DNA of 64,000 bases from Candidatus Limnocylindria bacterium (lineage in GTDB: Bacteria; Chloroflexota; Limnocylindria; P2-11E): assembly GCA_036000705.1 (NCBI GenBank), contig DASYUY010000125.1, forward strand, positions 1,048 to 65,047. Reading direction: 5' to 3'. Made by a program: the position numbers and the translations under genes. The notes beneath the pieces are model-generated. The model was given only the letters and a program-made list of their open reading frames with translations, ran no database searches and had not been told where the DNA came from. This document shows, piece by piece, positions 1 to 9,820 of this stretch. Within the stretch, counting starts at the first letter, position 1. Each line of letters starts with the position of its first letter.

Positions 1-678
1 GCGCTCGACACGCTCGTCGATCGCGGCGGACGCATCCTCATCGATGGCTTCTACGACGACGTGCGGCCTCCGACGGGAGCCGAGCGGGCCCATCTCGCCT
101 CGCTCCCGTTCGAGGCTGGCGTCATCAAGCGCCTCTACGAGATCGACTCGTTCGCGTGGGGCCGCACGGACACCGAGGCGCGGCTCGCGCAGGTCTACGA
201 GCCCACGTGCAACATCTGCGGCCTCGTCTCCGGCTTCATCGGCGAGGGAACGAAGACGGTCGTCCCGTCCGAGGCGATGGTCAAGATCGACTTCCGTCTC
301 GTGCCGGAGCAGGACCCCGCACGCATCGGCACGCTCCTCCGCGCGCATCTGGACCGCCGCGGCTTCACCGACGTCGAGCTCATCGCGAAGGAAGGCACGC
401 GGCCGTATCGCGGGCGCATCGACGATCCGCTGGTGCGCGCGACCCAGGCGGTCGCCGAGGAGGAGATCGGAACGCCGGCGCTGCTGATCCCGTCCTCGGG
501 CGGCACGTCACCGATGTGGCAGGTCTGCGGGAAGCGCTCGCTCGCGAACGTCACGCTCGGCATGGGCCATCCCGGCTCGGGCGCGCACGCGCCCAACGAG
601 AACATCCTCCTGGCGAATTACTGGAAGGCGCTGCGCGCGACCGTCGCCCTGTTCCGCCGCTACGCCGATCAGGCGTAG
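1..678 (+). CDS. M20/M25/M40-family metallopeptidase (dipeptidase / ArgE-DapE-like), C-terminal part; the 5' end lies outside the window
   Basis: Frame 1 is open from base 1. The C-terminal 'SSGGTSPMW...GMGHPGSGAHAPNENI' resembles the conserved end of M20 peptidases. Stop TAG is at 676-678. Confidence 0.75.
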   Translation, partial: ALDTLVDRGGRILIDGFYDDVRPPTGAERAHLASLPFEAGVIKRLYEIDSFAWGRTDTEARLAQVYEPTCNICGLVSGFIGEGTKTVVPSEAMVKIDFRLVPEQDPARIGTLLRAHLDRRGFTDVELIAKEGTRPYRGRIDDPLVRATQAVAEEEIGTPALLIPSSGGTSPMWQVCGKRSLANVTLGMGHPGSGAHAPNENILLANYWKALRATVALFRRYADQA

Positions 679-681
679 AGC

Positions 682-1041
682 ATGGAGGGCACCATCGAGA
701 TCCGCGCCCTGCGCTGCCGCGGGCGCCAGGGCACGACGGCTGACGAGCGCGCCCGTGAACAGGACTATCTCGTCGACGTCGTGGTGCGCACCGATCTCGC
801 GGATGCCGTACGGGCCGACGATCTCGCGTCGGCCCTCGACATCAGCTCGCTCGCGACGGTCGTGCGCCAGGCCGTCGCCGAGCGTCCGCGGGCTCTGGTC
901 GAGCGCATCACATTCGACGTCGCACGCACCGTCCTCGCGCGCTTTCCCGCAGTGAGCGAAACGCGCGTACGCGTGCTGAAGCCGAGGCCGAACGGGCTCG
1001 ACGCCGACTCCGAGGCCGTGGAGCTCGTGCTGCGCCGGTGA
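682..1041 (+). CDS. folB: Dihydroneopterin aldolase
   Basis: 119 aa. '[45 protein letters not shown]' follows the FolB pattern (IEL.GL...G.HGV...E...GQ.F.VD) and has the typical size. Confidence 0.8.
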   Translation: MEGTIEIRALRCRGRQGTTADERAREQDYLVDVVVRTDLADAVRADDLASALDISSLATVVRQAVAERPRALVERITFDVARTVLARFPAVSETRVRVLKPRPNGLDADSEAVELVLRR

Positions 1042-1544
1042 TCCGCGCCGCCGAGATCTACTGCGGCGTGGCCGAAGGCCACACGCGACGCAGACGCGGC
1101 GCGATGCGCGCAAGAGCGAGCTCATCGCCGCGCTCGACCTGATGCTCGGCGTGCGCGAGTACATCGCCGACGCCGAGCGCCTCGGGCTCCGCCTCGGCGT
1201 CGCGTCGAGCTCATCGCGCGTCTGGGTGCTCGGCCACCTGGAGCGGCTGCGCCTCAACGTCGAGTGGGACGCCGTCCGGACCAGAGACGACGTAGCGCGA
1301 ACGAAACCGGCGCCGGACCTGTATCTCGCTGCGGTGGAAGCGCTCGGCGTCGCGCCGCATAAGGCGGTCGCGTTCGAGGACTCGCTGAACGGGATCGCGG
1401 CGGCGAAAGCCGCCGGCCTCCTGTGCGTCGCAGTCCCGAACGCGCTCACGGCGGGCATAGACCTCTCGCGGGCCGACGTAAAAGTTGAATTCGCTGGCGG
1501 AGACGCCGCTCGAGGAACTGCTCGCGCTTCTCGCGCGGGATTAG
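1038..1544 (+). pseudogene. Decayed HAD-superfamily (beta-phosphoglucomutase-like) hydrolase
   Basis: The core 'GVASSS...[37 protein letters not shown]' (HAD motifs II-IV) is present. The N-terminal DxDG motif I is missing; only 'VIRAA' remains at a GTG at 1038 in another frame. A typical HAD C-terminus '[18 protein letters not shown]' is readable only after a +1 shift near 1487. Confidence 0.5.
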
Positions 1545-1554
1545 TCTCTCAGGC

Positions 1555-2664
1555 GTGGCAGCCACCACCCCGGCCGACGCCCGTCTAGCAACGGAAATGT
1601 ACGAGTACTCCCCCTATGCGCGCGGCCGCCGCGCGCTGGTCTGGTTGTGGGACCGGCCGATCACCCGCGCGCTGGTGCGCGCCGCCATCACGATCTTTCT
1701 CGTCACGACGCTGAACTTCGTGCTCATCCGGCTCATGCCGGGCAATGCGGTCGACAACTACATCGCACAGATCATGAACGAGCAGCTGCTGAGCTACGAG
1801 GACGCGGCTCAGCAGGCCTCGAACCTGTTCAGCCTCGATCTGAAGAAGCCGATCCACGAGCAGTACCTGAGCTTCCTCGGCGATCTCGCGCACGGCAACC
1901 TCGGCAACTCGATGCTCTCGCGGGGCACGCCGGTCGCGTCGCTCATCGCGGCGTATCTGCCGTGGACGCTGCTCACGGTGGGTCTCGGCCTGTTGCTGAG
2001 CTTCACGGTCGGAACTTTCCTCGGGTTGATCGCCGCGTACCGCCGCAATTCGCGTTTCGACCACATCGTGTCGACATTCGGCTCGATCCTCAGCGCGATC
2101 CCGAATTACATCATCGCGCTGGTGCTCGTCGTGATACTCGGCACGCAGCTTCGTTTGCTCCCGATCGCCGAGATGCGCGGCTCCTCGAGCCCTGGTGTCA
2201 CGCCTGGGTTCAACCTCGAATACCTCGCCGACATCCTCTTCCACGCGGTGCTGCCGGTCACGGTGTACTTCTTGGCGACGGTCGGCCACTGGCTGCTGAG
2301 CATGAAGAGCGCGACGCTCGCGACGCTTGAAGAGGACTACGTGACCGCGGCACGCGCCCGCGGGCTATCCGATGGCCGCATCTCGACTGCCTACGTCGGC
2401 CGCAACGCCATCCTGCCGCTCGTGTCCCAGCTGGCGATCACAGCGGGATTCGTCGTGGGCGGCGCCTTCTTCATCGAGGTGATCCTCGTCTATCCAGGCA
2501 TCGGCCTCCGGCTGTTCAAGTCCATCGAGCAGCGCGACTACACCGTGATGCAGGGCATCGTCCTGCTTCTCACGGTCTCGGTGATCGTCGCCAACATCGT
2601 CGCCGACCTGTTGTATGCGAAGCTCGACCCGCGGATCGGCCGCGCCGGCGGAGCGAACGGATGA
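1555..2664 (+). CDS. ABC transporter permease, peptide/nickel family (DppB/OppB-like)
   Basis: 369-aa polytopic ORF with '[11 protein letters not shown]' at the N-terminus and the EAA-type loop '[14 protein letters not shown]'. The start is uncertain (GTG 1555 or a downstream ATG). Confidence 0.88.
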   Translation: MAATTPADARLATEMYEYSPYARGRRALVWLWDRPITRALVRAAITIFLVTTLNFVLIRLMPGNAVDNYIAQIMNEQLLSYEDAAQQASNLFSLDLKKPIHEQYLSFLGDLAHGNLGNSMLSRGTPVASLIAAYLPWTLLTVGLGLLLSFTVGTFLGLIAAYRRNSRFDHIVSTFGSILSAIPNYIIALVLVVILGTQLRLLPIAEMRGSSSPGVTPGFNLEYLADILFHAVLPVTVYFLATVGHWLLSMKSATLATLEEDYVTAARARGLSDGRISTAYVGRNAILPLVSQLAITAGFVVGGAFFIEVILVYPGIGLRLFKSIEQRDYTVMQGIVLLLTVSVIVANIVADLLYAKLDPRIGRAGGANG

Positions 2665-3569
2665 GCGTCGCAGCGCTCGCGCGACCCACGATGCGGGCCC
2701 GCATCACCGGACCGCTGGCATCGAGCGTCGACTTCCTGCGCCTGCTGTCGCGCAAGCCCCTCGGCCTCGTCGGTTTCGTCGGCGTCGTCTTCTTCGTGGT
2801 CCTCGCGTTCATCGTGCCGTTCTTCGTGCCCTATCAGGACACCGTCGACGTCACGGCGATCTACCAGACGCCGTCGCTGACGCATCCGTTGGGAACGGAC
2901 TCGAGCGGTCGGGACGTGTGGAATCAGATCATCAACGGAGGCCGCGACATCCTCACGGTCGGCTTGATCGCGGGCTTCTTCTCGACGCTGATCGCGGTGA
3001 CCTTCGGATCGCTCGCGGCCGTCGTCGGGGGCAAGGTCGATGCGCTCATCTCCGGCGCAGCGGACTTCTGGCTGACGATCCCCCACATCCCGATCATCGT
3101 CCTGCTCGGCAGCATCCTGAAGTTCAACAGCATCTTCGTGATCGCGGGCTTCCTGGCGCTGCTCGCCTGGGCCGGTCTGCTGCGGCAGGTGCGCGCCCAA
3201 GTCCTCTCACTGAAGGAGCGCGACTACGTCGAGGCCGCGCGCTCCCTCGATCTCGGCCTATTCCACATCATCTTCAAAGAGATCCTGCCCAACATGCGCA
3301 GCTACATCGTCATCCACTTCATCCTGGCGATGACCTCGGCGATCTACGGTGTCGCTGGGCTCACGATCCTGGGGCTGATACCGCTATCGGGGCAGAACTG
3401 GGGCCTGATGCTCAACTTCGCGTACGTGCGCGGGGCGCTCTATTTCAAGGACAGCCTCTGGTACATCCTGAGCCCGGTCTTCGCGATCGTGCTCTTCCAG
3501 CTCTCTCTGGTCTGGCTGGTGTCCGCGCTCGAGGACATCTTCAACCCGCGTCTGCGCAGCTCGGGCTAG
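2661..3569 (+). CDS. ABC transporter permease, peptide/nickel family (DppC/OppC-like)
   Basis: 302 aa. Contains 'HPLGTDSSGRDVW' and 'ERDYVEAARSLD', typical of the second permease. There is a 4-nt ATGA overlap with the upstream gene. Confidence 0.9.
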   Translation: MSVAALARPTMRARITGPLASSVDFLRLLSRKPLGLVGFVGVVFFVVLAFIVPFFVPYQDTVDVTAIYQTPSLTHPLGTDSSGRDVWNQIINGGRDILTVGLIAGFFSTLIAVTFGSLAAVVGGKVDALISGAADFWLTIPHIPIIVLLGSILKFNSIFVIAGFLALLAWAGLLRQVRAQVLSLKERDYVEAARSLDLGLFHIIFKEILPNMRSYIVIHFILAMTSAIYGVAGLTILGLIPLSGQNWGLMLNFAYVRGALYFKDSLWYILSPVFAIVLFQLSLVWLVSALEDIFNPRLRSSG

Positions 3570-3571
3570 TC

Positions 3572-4648
3572 GTGCCGTCCAAGCGCGAGGTCGCCGCGCC
3601 GCAGCTCGAGGCCGATCAGGTCCTCTCCGTCCGCGGGCTGTCGATCGCGTACGCGACCCGGCGCGGCCCGGTGCAGGCGGTGCGCGACGTCTCGTTCGAT
3701 CTGCGACGCGGCGAGACGCTCGCGATCATCGGCGAAAGCGGGTCCGGCAAGACGACGCTCGCGGTCAGCCTGATCCGGCTGTCGCCGCGCACGGCCCGGA
3801 TCACCAACGGCCGCATCCTGTACCGCAAGGACGACGACACGATCGACGTCGCCTCGCTTGAGGACAGCGACCTGCGCGAGTTCCGCTGGAGCGAATGCGC
3901 GATGGTGTTCCAGGCGGCGCTCAACTCGTTCAACCCGGTGATCTCCATCTGGGAGCAGTTCCTCGACACGGCCCGCGCGCATGGGATGACGGACGCGAAG
4001 CAGGTCCGCGCGCGATCCGGCGAGCTGCTCGGCCTGGTGAACCTCGACCCCGAGCGCGTGCTGCGGGCGTACCCGCACGAGCTCTCCGGCGGGATGAAGC
4101 AGCGCGTGCTGATCGCGCTCAGCCTGCTGCTCAAGCCGTCGATCATCATCCTCGACGAGCCAACGACGGCGCTCGACATCCTCACCCAGCGGGCGATCAT
4201 CGATCTGCTTCGCAAGCTGCGCGAGCAACTGGGCTTCTCGATGATCTTCATCTCGCACGACCTGTCGCTGGCAGCGGAGCTCGCCGACCGCGTGCTCACC
4301 ATGTACGCGGGCACCGTCGTGGAGCGCGCCAGCGTGAAAGACCTGTTCTACCGGCCGCGGCACCCGTACTCGATGGGCTTGCTTCGCGCGGTGCCACGGG
4401 TGAGCGGCGCCCTGGGGAGCGTCGTCTCGATCGCCGGCAGTCCACCCGACCTCATCAATCTTCCGCAGGGCTGTACCTATAACCCACGCTGTCCCTTCGT
4501 CATCGACGAGTGCAAGGTTCGAGAGCCCGAGCTGCTGGCGGTCGACATGCCGCAGCACGACGCGCGCTGCATCCGTTGGAAATACGTCGCCGAGCTGGTC
4601 GGCAAGGAAGAGGCGGTCGTCGCCGAGAAGCTGGCCGCCGCAACGTGA
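3572..4648 (+). CDS. ABC transporter ATP-binding protein (OppD/DppD-like)
   Basis: GTG at 3572 just after the upstream stop. Walker A 'GESGSGKTT', signature 'LSGGMKQR', Walker B 'IIILDEPT', and a C-terminal oligopeptide-type extension with Cys residues. The long upstream part of ORF 2615-4648 overlaps the permease gene and is rejected. Confidence 0.9.
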   Translation: MPSKREVAAPQLEADQVLSVRGLSIAYATRRGPVQAVRDVSFDLRRGETLAIIGESGSGKTTLAVSLIRLSPRTARITNGRILYRKDDDTIDVASLEDSDLREFRWSECAMVFQAALNSFNPVISIWEQFLDTARAHGMTDAKQVRARSGELLGLVNLDPERVLRAYPHELSGGMKQRVLIALSLLLKPSIIILDEPTTALDILTQRAIIDLLRKLREQLGFSMIFISHDLSLAAELADRVLTMYAGTVVERASVKDLFYRPRHPYSMGLLRAVPRVSGALGSVVSIAGSPPDLINLPQGCTYNPRCPFVIDECKVREPELLAVDMPQHDARCIRWKYVAELVGKEEAVVAEKLAAAT

Positions 4649-5685
4649 CCGTTTCCGGCGACATCACCGTCCAGGGCAAGCCACTCATCGAGCTGGTCGG
4701 CGTCACGCGTGAGTTCAAGACGCCCGGCGGGATGATCAAGGCGGTCGACCGAGTTTCGCTCGCGCTCGGTCAGAGCGAGGCGATGTGCCTGGTCGGCGAA
4801 AGCGGCTGCGGCAAGACGACGACGGGAAGACTGCTCGCGGGCCTTCTGCGACCCACGAGCGGCGAGCTCCTCTTCGAAGGGAAAGACGTGTGGAAAACGA
4901 AAGGCGAGGAGCTCGCGCGCTTCCGGCGCGCGGTGCAGCTCGTCCACCAGGACCCTTACGCATCGCTCAATCCGATCCGCACCGTCTACCAGACGCTCTC
5001 GGCTCCGCTGTTCCGGCACAACAAGGCGCGGGGTCGCCGGGCGGCCATCGGTGCGGCGACCGAGCTGCTCGAGCGGGTCGGTCTCACGCCGCCGGCGGAC
5101 TTCCTCGTGAAATATCCGCATCAGCTGTCCGGAGGCCAGCGGCAGCGCGTGAGCATCGCGCGCGCGCTCAGCGTCGATCCGCGCGTGATCGTCGCGGATG
5201 AGGCGGTATCGATGGTCGACGTCTCGATCCGCATCAGCCTGCTCAACCTGCTTCTCGCGTTACGCGATGAGTTCCGCGTCACCATCGTCCTGATCACGCA
5301 CGATCTCGCCGTCGCGCGCTATTTCGCACGACGCGGCCGGATCGGCGTGATGTACCTCGGGCGCGTCGTCGAGCTCGGCGCGTCGGAGCTCGTCGTCGGC
5401 GATCCGGCCCATCCGTACTCCGCCGCGCTCGTCGCCGCCATCCCCGAGGCGGATCCGACGCTGACGCGATCGAAGGAACGCGTCGAGCTACGGAGCGCCG
5501 ACGTGCCGAGCCTGCTGCGGCTGCCGAGTGGCTGCACGTTCCATCCGCGCTGCCCGCTCTTCGAGGCGGGGCTCTGTGACGTGCAAGTTCCCGCGCTGTT
5601 GGCGATCCCCGACGGGCGCCAGGTCGCCTGCCACGTGGCGGCTCGCGAGCGTGCGCCCGCCGCGGAGCTGCTCGGAGTGCGGTAG
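4645..5685 (+). CDS. ABC transporter ATP-binding protein (OppF/DppF-like)
   Basis: GTG at 4645 overlaps the upstream TGA (GTGA). Walker A 'GESGCGKTT', signature 'LSGGQRQR', Walker B 'VIVADEAV'. Confidence 0.9.
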   Translation: MTVSGDITVQGKPLIELVGVTREFKTPGGMIKAVDRVSLALGQSEAMCLVGESGCGKTTTGRLLAGLLRPTSGELLFEGKDVWKTKGEELARFRRAVQLVHQDPYASLNPIRTVYQTLSAPLFRHNKARGRRAAIGAATELLERVGLTPPADFLVKYPHQLSGGQRQRVSIARALSVDPRVIVADEAVSMVDVSIRISLLNLLLALRDEFRVTIVLITHDLAVARYFARRGRIGVMYLGRVVELGASELVVGDPAHPYSAALVAAIPEADPTLTRSKERVELRSADVPSLLRLPSGCTFHPRCPLFEAGLCDVQVPALLAIPDGRQVACHVAARERAPAAELLGVR

Positions 5686-5895
5686 GTGGACCCGGCGCTC
5701 CTCCGCGGCAACCTCGCGCTCGCGCTATTCATTCTGCTGCTCGCGTTCATGATCCTGCCGTTCCAGGACCGTACGTCGGGCGCGTTCGTTGTCACTGTAT
5801 TAGCGGTCATCGTGGCTCTTCTGTTCATTGCTGCAACCTGGCTCGTCGCGCGTTGGTCCACGCCCCGGATGCCGCGCAAAGAAGATGACAAATAG
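5686..5895 (+). CDS. Small two-helix membrane protein, hypothetical
   Basis: 69 aa. GTG lies immediately after the ATPase stop. Two hydrophobic stretches ('LALALFILLLAFMILPF', 'FVVTVLAVIVALLFIAATWLV') and a basic tail. No family recognised. Confidence 0.5.
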   Translation: MDPALLRGNLALALFILLLAFMILPFQDRTSGAFVVTVLAVIVALLFIAATWLVARWSTPRMPRKEDDK

Positions 5896-5971
5896 CGGCT
5901 GACGGGCTACAACGGTCGCAGTCCGGGCAATTCGGCGAATGCCTTGAGCCCCTGGGCGAAGGAGAGGGTTG

Positions 5972-7768
5972 ATGAGCGACACGCTTCGTTACACGGCAAA
6001 CCGACGTCGTTTCCTCCGCGACTCCACGCTCGCGTCGATCGGTCTGATCGCCGCGGCGTGCGCGCCGGGCACGACAGGCACGACCGGCGGAACGACCGGC
6101 GGCGCGGTCAAGAAGGGCGGCGAGTTCCACGGGGGCTGGCCCTATGTACTACCGCCGGCCGGTCACTGGAACGGCTACGCGCCGAACGGCATCCTCACCA
6201 CGGGCATCTACCGGCATCTCTGGATGACGACGCTGGGCATGTACCTCTGGGCTGACAAGAAGTTCGAGTACTGGCTCGCCGAGTCCTCCGGGCCCAAGAG
6301 CGGCGACAACTACGAGCTCAAGCTGCGCTCCGGCATCAAGTGGAGCGATGGCACGCCCTTCACGGCGAAGGACGTCTACACAACCTTCAACATCGGTCGT
6401 CTCGAGAACTTCACCATCTGGCAGTACGTCGACAAGATGAACATCGTCGACGACCAGACGATCAACTTCCACTTCTCGCGGCAGTCGAGCCTCGCCGAGC
6501 GCCTGCTCCTTCGCGAGCCCACCCGTCCGGACTCGGTCTACGGTGCTCTGTCCAAGAAGACCGACGCTCTCGTCGCGGCCGGCAAGAAGGGTGCGGACCA
6601 GGAGTGGAAGGACGTCCGCACCGAGCTCGCGAATCTCAAGCCGACGACGCCGCTGTCGGTCGGCCCGTACAAGATGGACCCCTCGACACTCACCGAGTCC
6701 CAGGTCACGTTCGTGAAGAACCCCGGCGGCTACGCCGCGGACCGCGTGAACTTCGACAAGGTCGTCGTGTACCAGGGCGAGACGAATCAGATCTCGCCGC
6801 TCGTGCTTTCCGGCGACGTCGACTACGCGACGCACGGCTTTACGCTCGCGGTCGACAAGGCGATGCAGGACGCGGGCATCCGCGTCGCGCGTCCGCCGCT
6901 GTACACCGGACCGGCGCTCTACTTCCACTGGGAGAAGGCGCCGGAGTTCCAGGACGTGCGGCTGCGCTACGCCGTCGCGCACGCGATCAACAAGCAGGAG
7001 AGCGCGGCGATCACCTACGGCGACTCCGGCAAGGCACAGAAGTACATGGCCGGATTCAGCGACAACATCATCGCGGACTGGATCGGCAGCGGCGATCTGT
7101 CGAAGTTCAAGGAGTACGAGTTCAGTCTTGCGAAGGCCGATCAATTCATGAAGGACGCCGGCTACGCGAAGGGCTCGGACGGCGTCTACGCCAAGGGCGG
7201 AAAGAAGCTGGAGCTCGAGCTCGTCTTCCCGAGCGACTTCGCCGACTGGTCGAGCGCGGCGACGCACGCCGCCGAGTCACTCACGAAATTCGGCATCAAG
7301 GTCACACCGCGCGGCCTCGTCAACTCGACCCAGCAGCCCGAGGTCAATGACGGGAAGCACGCGTTCTTCGTGCGCGCCTGGGGCGCGAACACCGGCCCGC
7401 ACCCGCAGTACTCCTTCATCCAGGACCTGCGGACGCACAACACGACGCCCGCGGGCGGCGGCATGAAGTACCCGCTCAAGCAGAAGCTGCCCTCGACGGG
7501 CAAGGACATCGACTTCGACGAGCTCATCAACCGCACCGGCGACGGCACGGACGAGGCCAAGCAGAAGGCCGCCGTCACCGAGCTCGCCCTCGCATTCAAC
7601 GAGCTGCTCCCGATCATCCCGCTGTGGCAGCGCTTCGGCAACAACCCGATCAACGACAAGAAGCGTGTCGCGGGCTGGCCGCCCGATGGCGACGGCATCT
7701 ACAAGAACCCGGACGGCGACAGCTTCGCCATGACGCTCCTCATCCGAGGGACGATCGGCGGGAAGTAG
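5972..7768 (+). CDS. ABC transporter substrate-binding protein, family 5 (peptide/nickel), Tat-signal lipoprotein
   Basis: ATG at 5972 is preceded by AAGGAGAGGG. Twin-arginine 'NRRRFLRD' followed by 'LIAAACAPG'. Length of about 598 aa and the 'WSDGTPFTAKDV' motif are typical of SBP family 5. Confidence 0.9.
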   Translation: MSDTLRYTANRRRFLRDSTLASIGLIAAACAPGTTGTTGGTTGGAVKKGGEFHGGWPYVLPPAGHWNGYAPNGILTTGIYRHLWMTTLGMYLWADKKFEYWLAESSGPKSGDNYELKLRSGIKWSDGTPFTAKDVYTTFNIGRLENFTIWQYVDKMNIVDDQTINFHFSRQSSLAERLLLREPTRPDSVYGALSKKTDALVAAGKKGADQEWKDVRTELANLKPTTPLSVGPYKMDPSTLTESQVTFVKNPGGYAADRVNFDKVVVYQGETNQISPLVLSGDVDYATHGFTLAVDKAMQDAGIRVARPPLYTGPALYFHWEKAPEFQDVRLRYAVAHAINKQESAAITYGDSGKAQKYMAGFSDNIIADWIGSGDLSKFKEYEFSLAKADQFMKDAGYAKGSDGVYAKGGKKLELELVFPSDFADWSSAATHAAESLTKFGIKVTPRGLVNSTQQPEVNDGKHAFFVRAWGANTGPHPQYSFIQDLRTHNTTPAGGGMKYPLKQKLPSTGKDIDFDELINRTGDGTDEAKQKAAVTELALAFNELLPIIPLWQRFGNNPINDKKRVAGWPPDGDGIYKNPDGDSFAMTLLIRGTIGGK

Positions 7769-7787
7769 CCCTTCTCGCTTGTGACCT

Positions 7788-7820
7788 GAGGGCGTTCCGA
7801 AAGGAGCGCCCTCTCTCTTT
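7788..7820 (+). terminator. Rho-independent terminator after the ABC operon
   Basis: GAGGGCGTTCC-GAAA-GGAGCGCCCTC forms an 11-bp stem (one G-U pair) with a GAAA loop, followed by TCTCTTT. Confidence 0.6.
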
Positions 7821-7838
7821 CGCGCTAGCCTCCCTTTG

Positions 7839-8825
7839 ATGCTGCGTATCGGCGTCCTCGGCGCGGGCTTCGCGGGAGCGATGCACGCGCACAGCGCGCT
7901 CGGCCTCGATGAGGTGAAGGTCGTCGCCGTGGCCGCGGTCCCTCTCGAGCAGGCCGCTTCGCTCGCGACAGAGTGCGGCGCGCGACTGGCGAGCGCCGAG
8001 GAGATCTGCGTCGCGGACGACATCGACCTCGTCGTCGTCGCGACCCCAACGCACCTCCACGCCGAGTACGCGATCGCCGCCGCGAAGGCCGGCAAGCACG
8101 TGTTCTGCGAAAAGCCGATCGCGCGGACGCGCGAGCAAGCCGAGGCGATGGTGCGCGCCTGCGACGACGCCGGCGTCCGCCTGGCGGTCGGCCACGTCGT
8201 GCGCTATTTCCCCGAGTACCAGCGGGCGAAGGCGATGCTCGACGACGGCACGCTGGGCCGTCCGGCGATCGCCACGCTGACCCGTGGCAACTTCTCCGTC
8301 GGATCGGCGCGCGGGTGGTATCTCGACGCGGCGAAGAGCGGCGGCGTCGTCCTCGATCTGATGCTCCACGACCTCGACACCGTTCGGTGGTGGTTTGGCG
8401 AGCCGTCGCGGATCTACGCGAAGCGGTTGACGGCGGCCGGCGGGGCGCTCGACTACGCGCTCGCGACGATCCGCTACGAAGACCGACCGATCGTGCACGT
8501 GGAAGGCAGCTGGGCCGAGCACTCAGGGTTCCGCACCGGGTTCGAGCTGCGCGGCGACCGCGGCATGCTCGTGCACGACAGCCGCGCGGCCTCGCCGCTG
8601 ACGGTGCAGTCGCCGGCCGGTCCGGCGGGACCCGCGATGATGGCCACACCGACGCTGGGCGAATCGCCCTACCGCCGGCAGCTCCGCGACGTCTTCGCGC
8701 GCGTGCGTCGCGAGGAGCGTCCGCTCGTCGACGGGCACGAGGGCCTCCGGTCACTCGCGCTCGGCCTGGCGGTGATCGAGTCCGCGGACAGCGGCACGGT
8801 CATCGAGTGGAAGGCTCCCGCATGA
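7839..8825 (+). CDS. Gfo/Idh/MocA-family oxidoreductase
   Basis: 'LRIGVLGAGFAG' Rossmann N-terminus and 'AGKHVFCEKP' motif. The ATG at 7839 follows a TTG at 7836. Confidence 0.88.
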   Translation: MLRIGVLGAGFAGAMHAHSALGLDEVKVVAVAAVPLEQAASLATECGARLASAEEICVADDIDLVVVATPTHLHAEYAIAAAKAGKHVFCEKPIARTREQAEAMVRACDDAGVRLAVGHVVRYFPEYQRAKAMLDDGTLGRPAIATLTRGNFSVGSARGWYLDAAKSGGVVLDLMLHDLDTVRWWFGEPSRIYAKRLTAAGGALDYALATIRYEDRPIVHVEGSWAEHSGFRTGFELRGDRGMLVHDSRAASPLTVQSPAGPAGPAMMATPTLGESPYRRQLRDVFARVRREERPLVDGHEGLRSLALGLAVIESADSGTVIEWKAPA

Positions 8826-9820
8826 CGCGCCGGCTGCGCGTGGGTCTGGTCTCGTTCGCGCACGTGCACGCGCCAGGACTCGCGAGCACCCTGCGTACGC
8901 TCGAGCAGGTCGACTTCACTGGCATCCACGACGACGACGTGGCGCGCGGAAGGGCTGCGGCGCACGAGCACGACGCGCGCTGGCACGAGACGCTCGACGG
9001 CCTGTTGGAAGCGAGCGAGGCCATCGTCGTCGCGTCAACGAACGCCGACCACCGCCGCTACACCGAGGCAGCCGCGGCAAAGGGTGTTCACGTGCTCAGC
9101 GAGAAGCCACTCGCGACCACGACGGCGGACGGGCGCGCGATGATCGACGCCTGCCGTCGCGCCGGCGTCCAGCTCGGCGTCGCGTTCCCGGTGCGGAGCA
9201 GCACCGCGGTCAGCGCGCTGAAGGATGCGATCGCGAGCGGAACGCTCGGCCGGGTCCGCGCGATCCGCGCGACCAATCCCGGTCAGTACCCTGGCCTGTG
9301 GTTCGGCGACAGGAAACGGGCGGGCGGGGGTGCGGTCATGGACCACACCGTCCACGCGGCCGACGCGATCCGCTGGCTCACCGGCGATGACTTCGTGCGC
9401 GTCCATGCCGAGCTCGGCTCGTTCATCTACGGCCTCGACGTCGAGGACTGCGGCGTGCTCATGTGCGACCTCGCCAGCGGCGCATTCGCGTCGATCGACT
9501 GCAGCTGGTCACGGCCGCAGACCTTTCCGACGTGGGGCGGCGTAACGCTTCACGTCGTCGGCGAGAAGGCGACGGTGGACGTCGACGTCTTCCGGCAGGC
9601 GCTCACCCACTACGACGACACGACCGGACGCGCGCGACTCGTCGGCTGGGGCGACGACCTCACCACCCGCATGGTCGCGGGCTACGTCGACGCGATCCTC
9701 GCCGGCCATCCGGTGCCGATCGATGGTCGGGACGGACTGCGCGCGCTCGAGGTCGCGATCGCCGCATACCGCTCGGCGGACGCGAGGCGACCGGTCGCGA
9801 TCGCCGACGTCCGCGCGTGA
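8822..9820 (+). CDS. Gfo/Idh/MocA-family oxidoreductase (second paralogue)
   Basis: ATG at 8822 overlaps the upstream TGA (ATGA). 'LRVGLVSFAHVH' and 'KGVHVLSEKP'. The upstream part of ORF 7973-9820 is rejected. Confidence 0.85.
   Translation: MTRRLRVGLVSFAHVHAPGLASTLRTLEQVDFTGIHDDDVARGRAAAHEHDARWHETLDGLLEASEAIVVASTNADHRRYTEAAAAKGVHVLSEKPLATTTADGRAMIDACRRAGVQLGVAFPVRSSTAVSALKDAIASGTLGRVRAIRATNPGQYPGLWFGDRKRAGGGAVMDHTVHAADAIRWLTGDDFVRVHAELGSFIYGLDVEDCGVLMCDLASGAFASIDCSWSRPQTFPTWGGVTLHVVGEKATVDVDVFRQALTHYDDTTGRARLVGWGDDLTTRMVAGYVDAILAGHPVPIDGRDGLRALEVAIAAYRSADARRPVAIADVRA

Noticed and set aside
2615-3571. Long N-terminal extensions of real genes in the ORF track (also 4510-4644, 7973-8821, 9463-9816, 15078-15173, 50604-50921, 38556-39881 beyond 39431, 61442-63406 beyond 62689).
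   Set aside because: The extensions overlap upstream supported genes, are Arg/Pro-rich, and precede starts that coincide with stop-start overlaps or RBS-like sequences.
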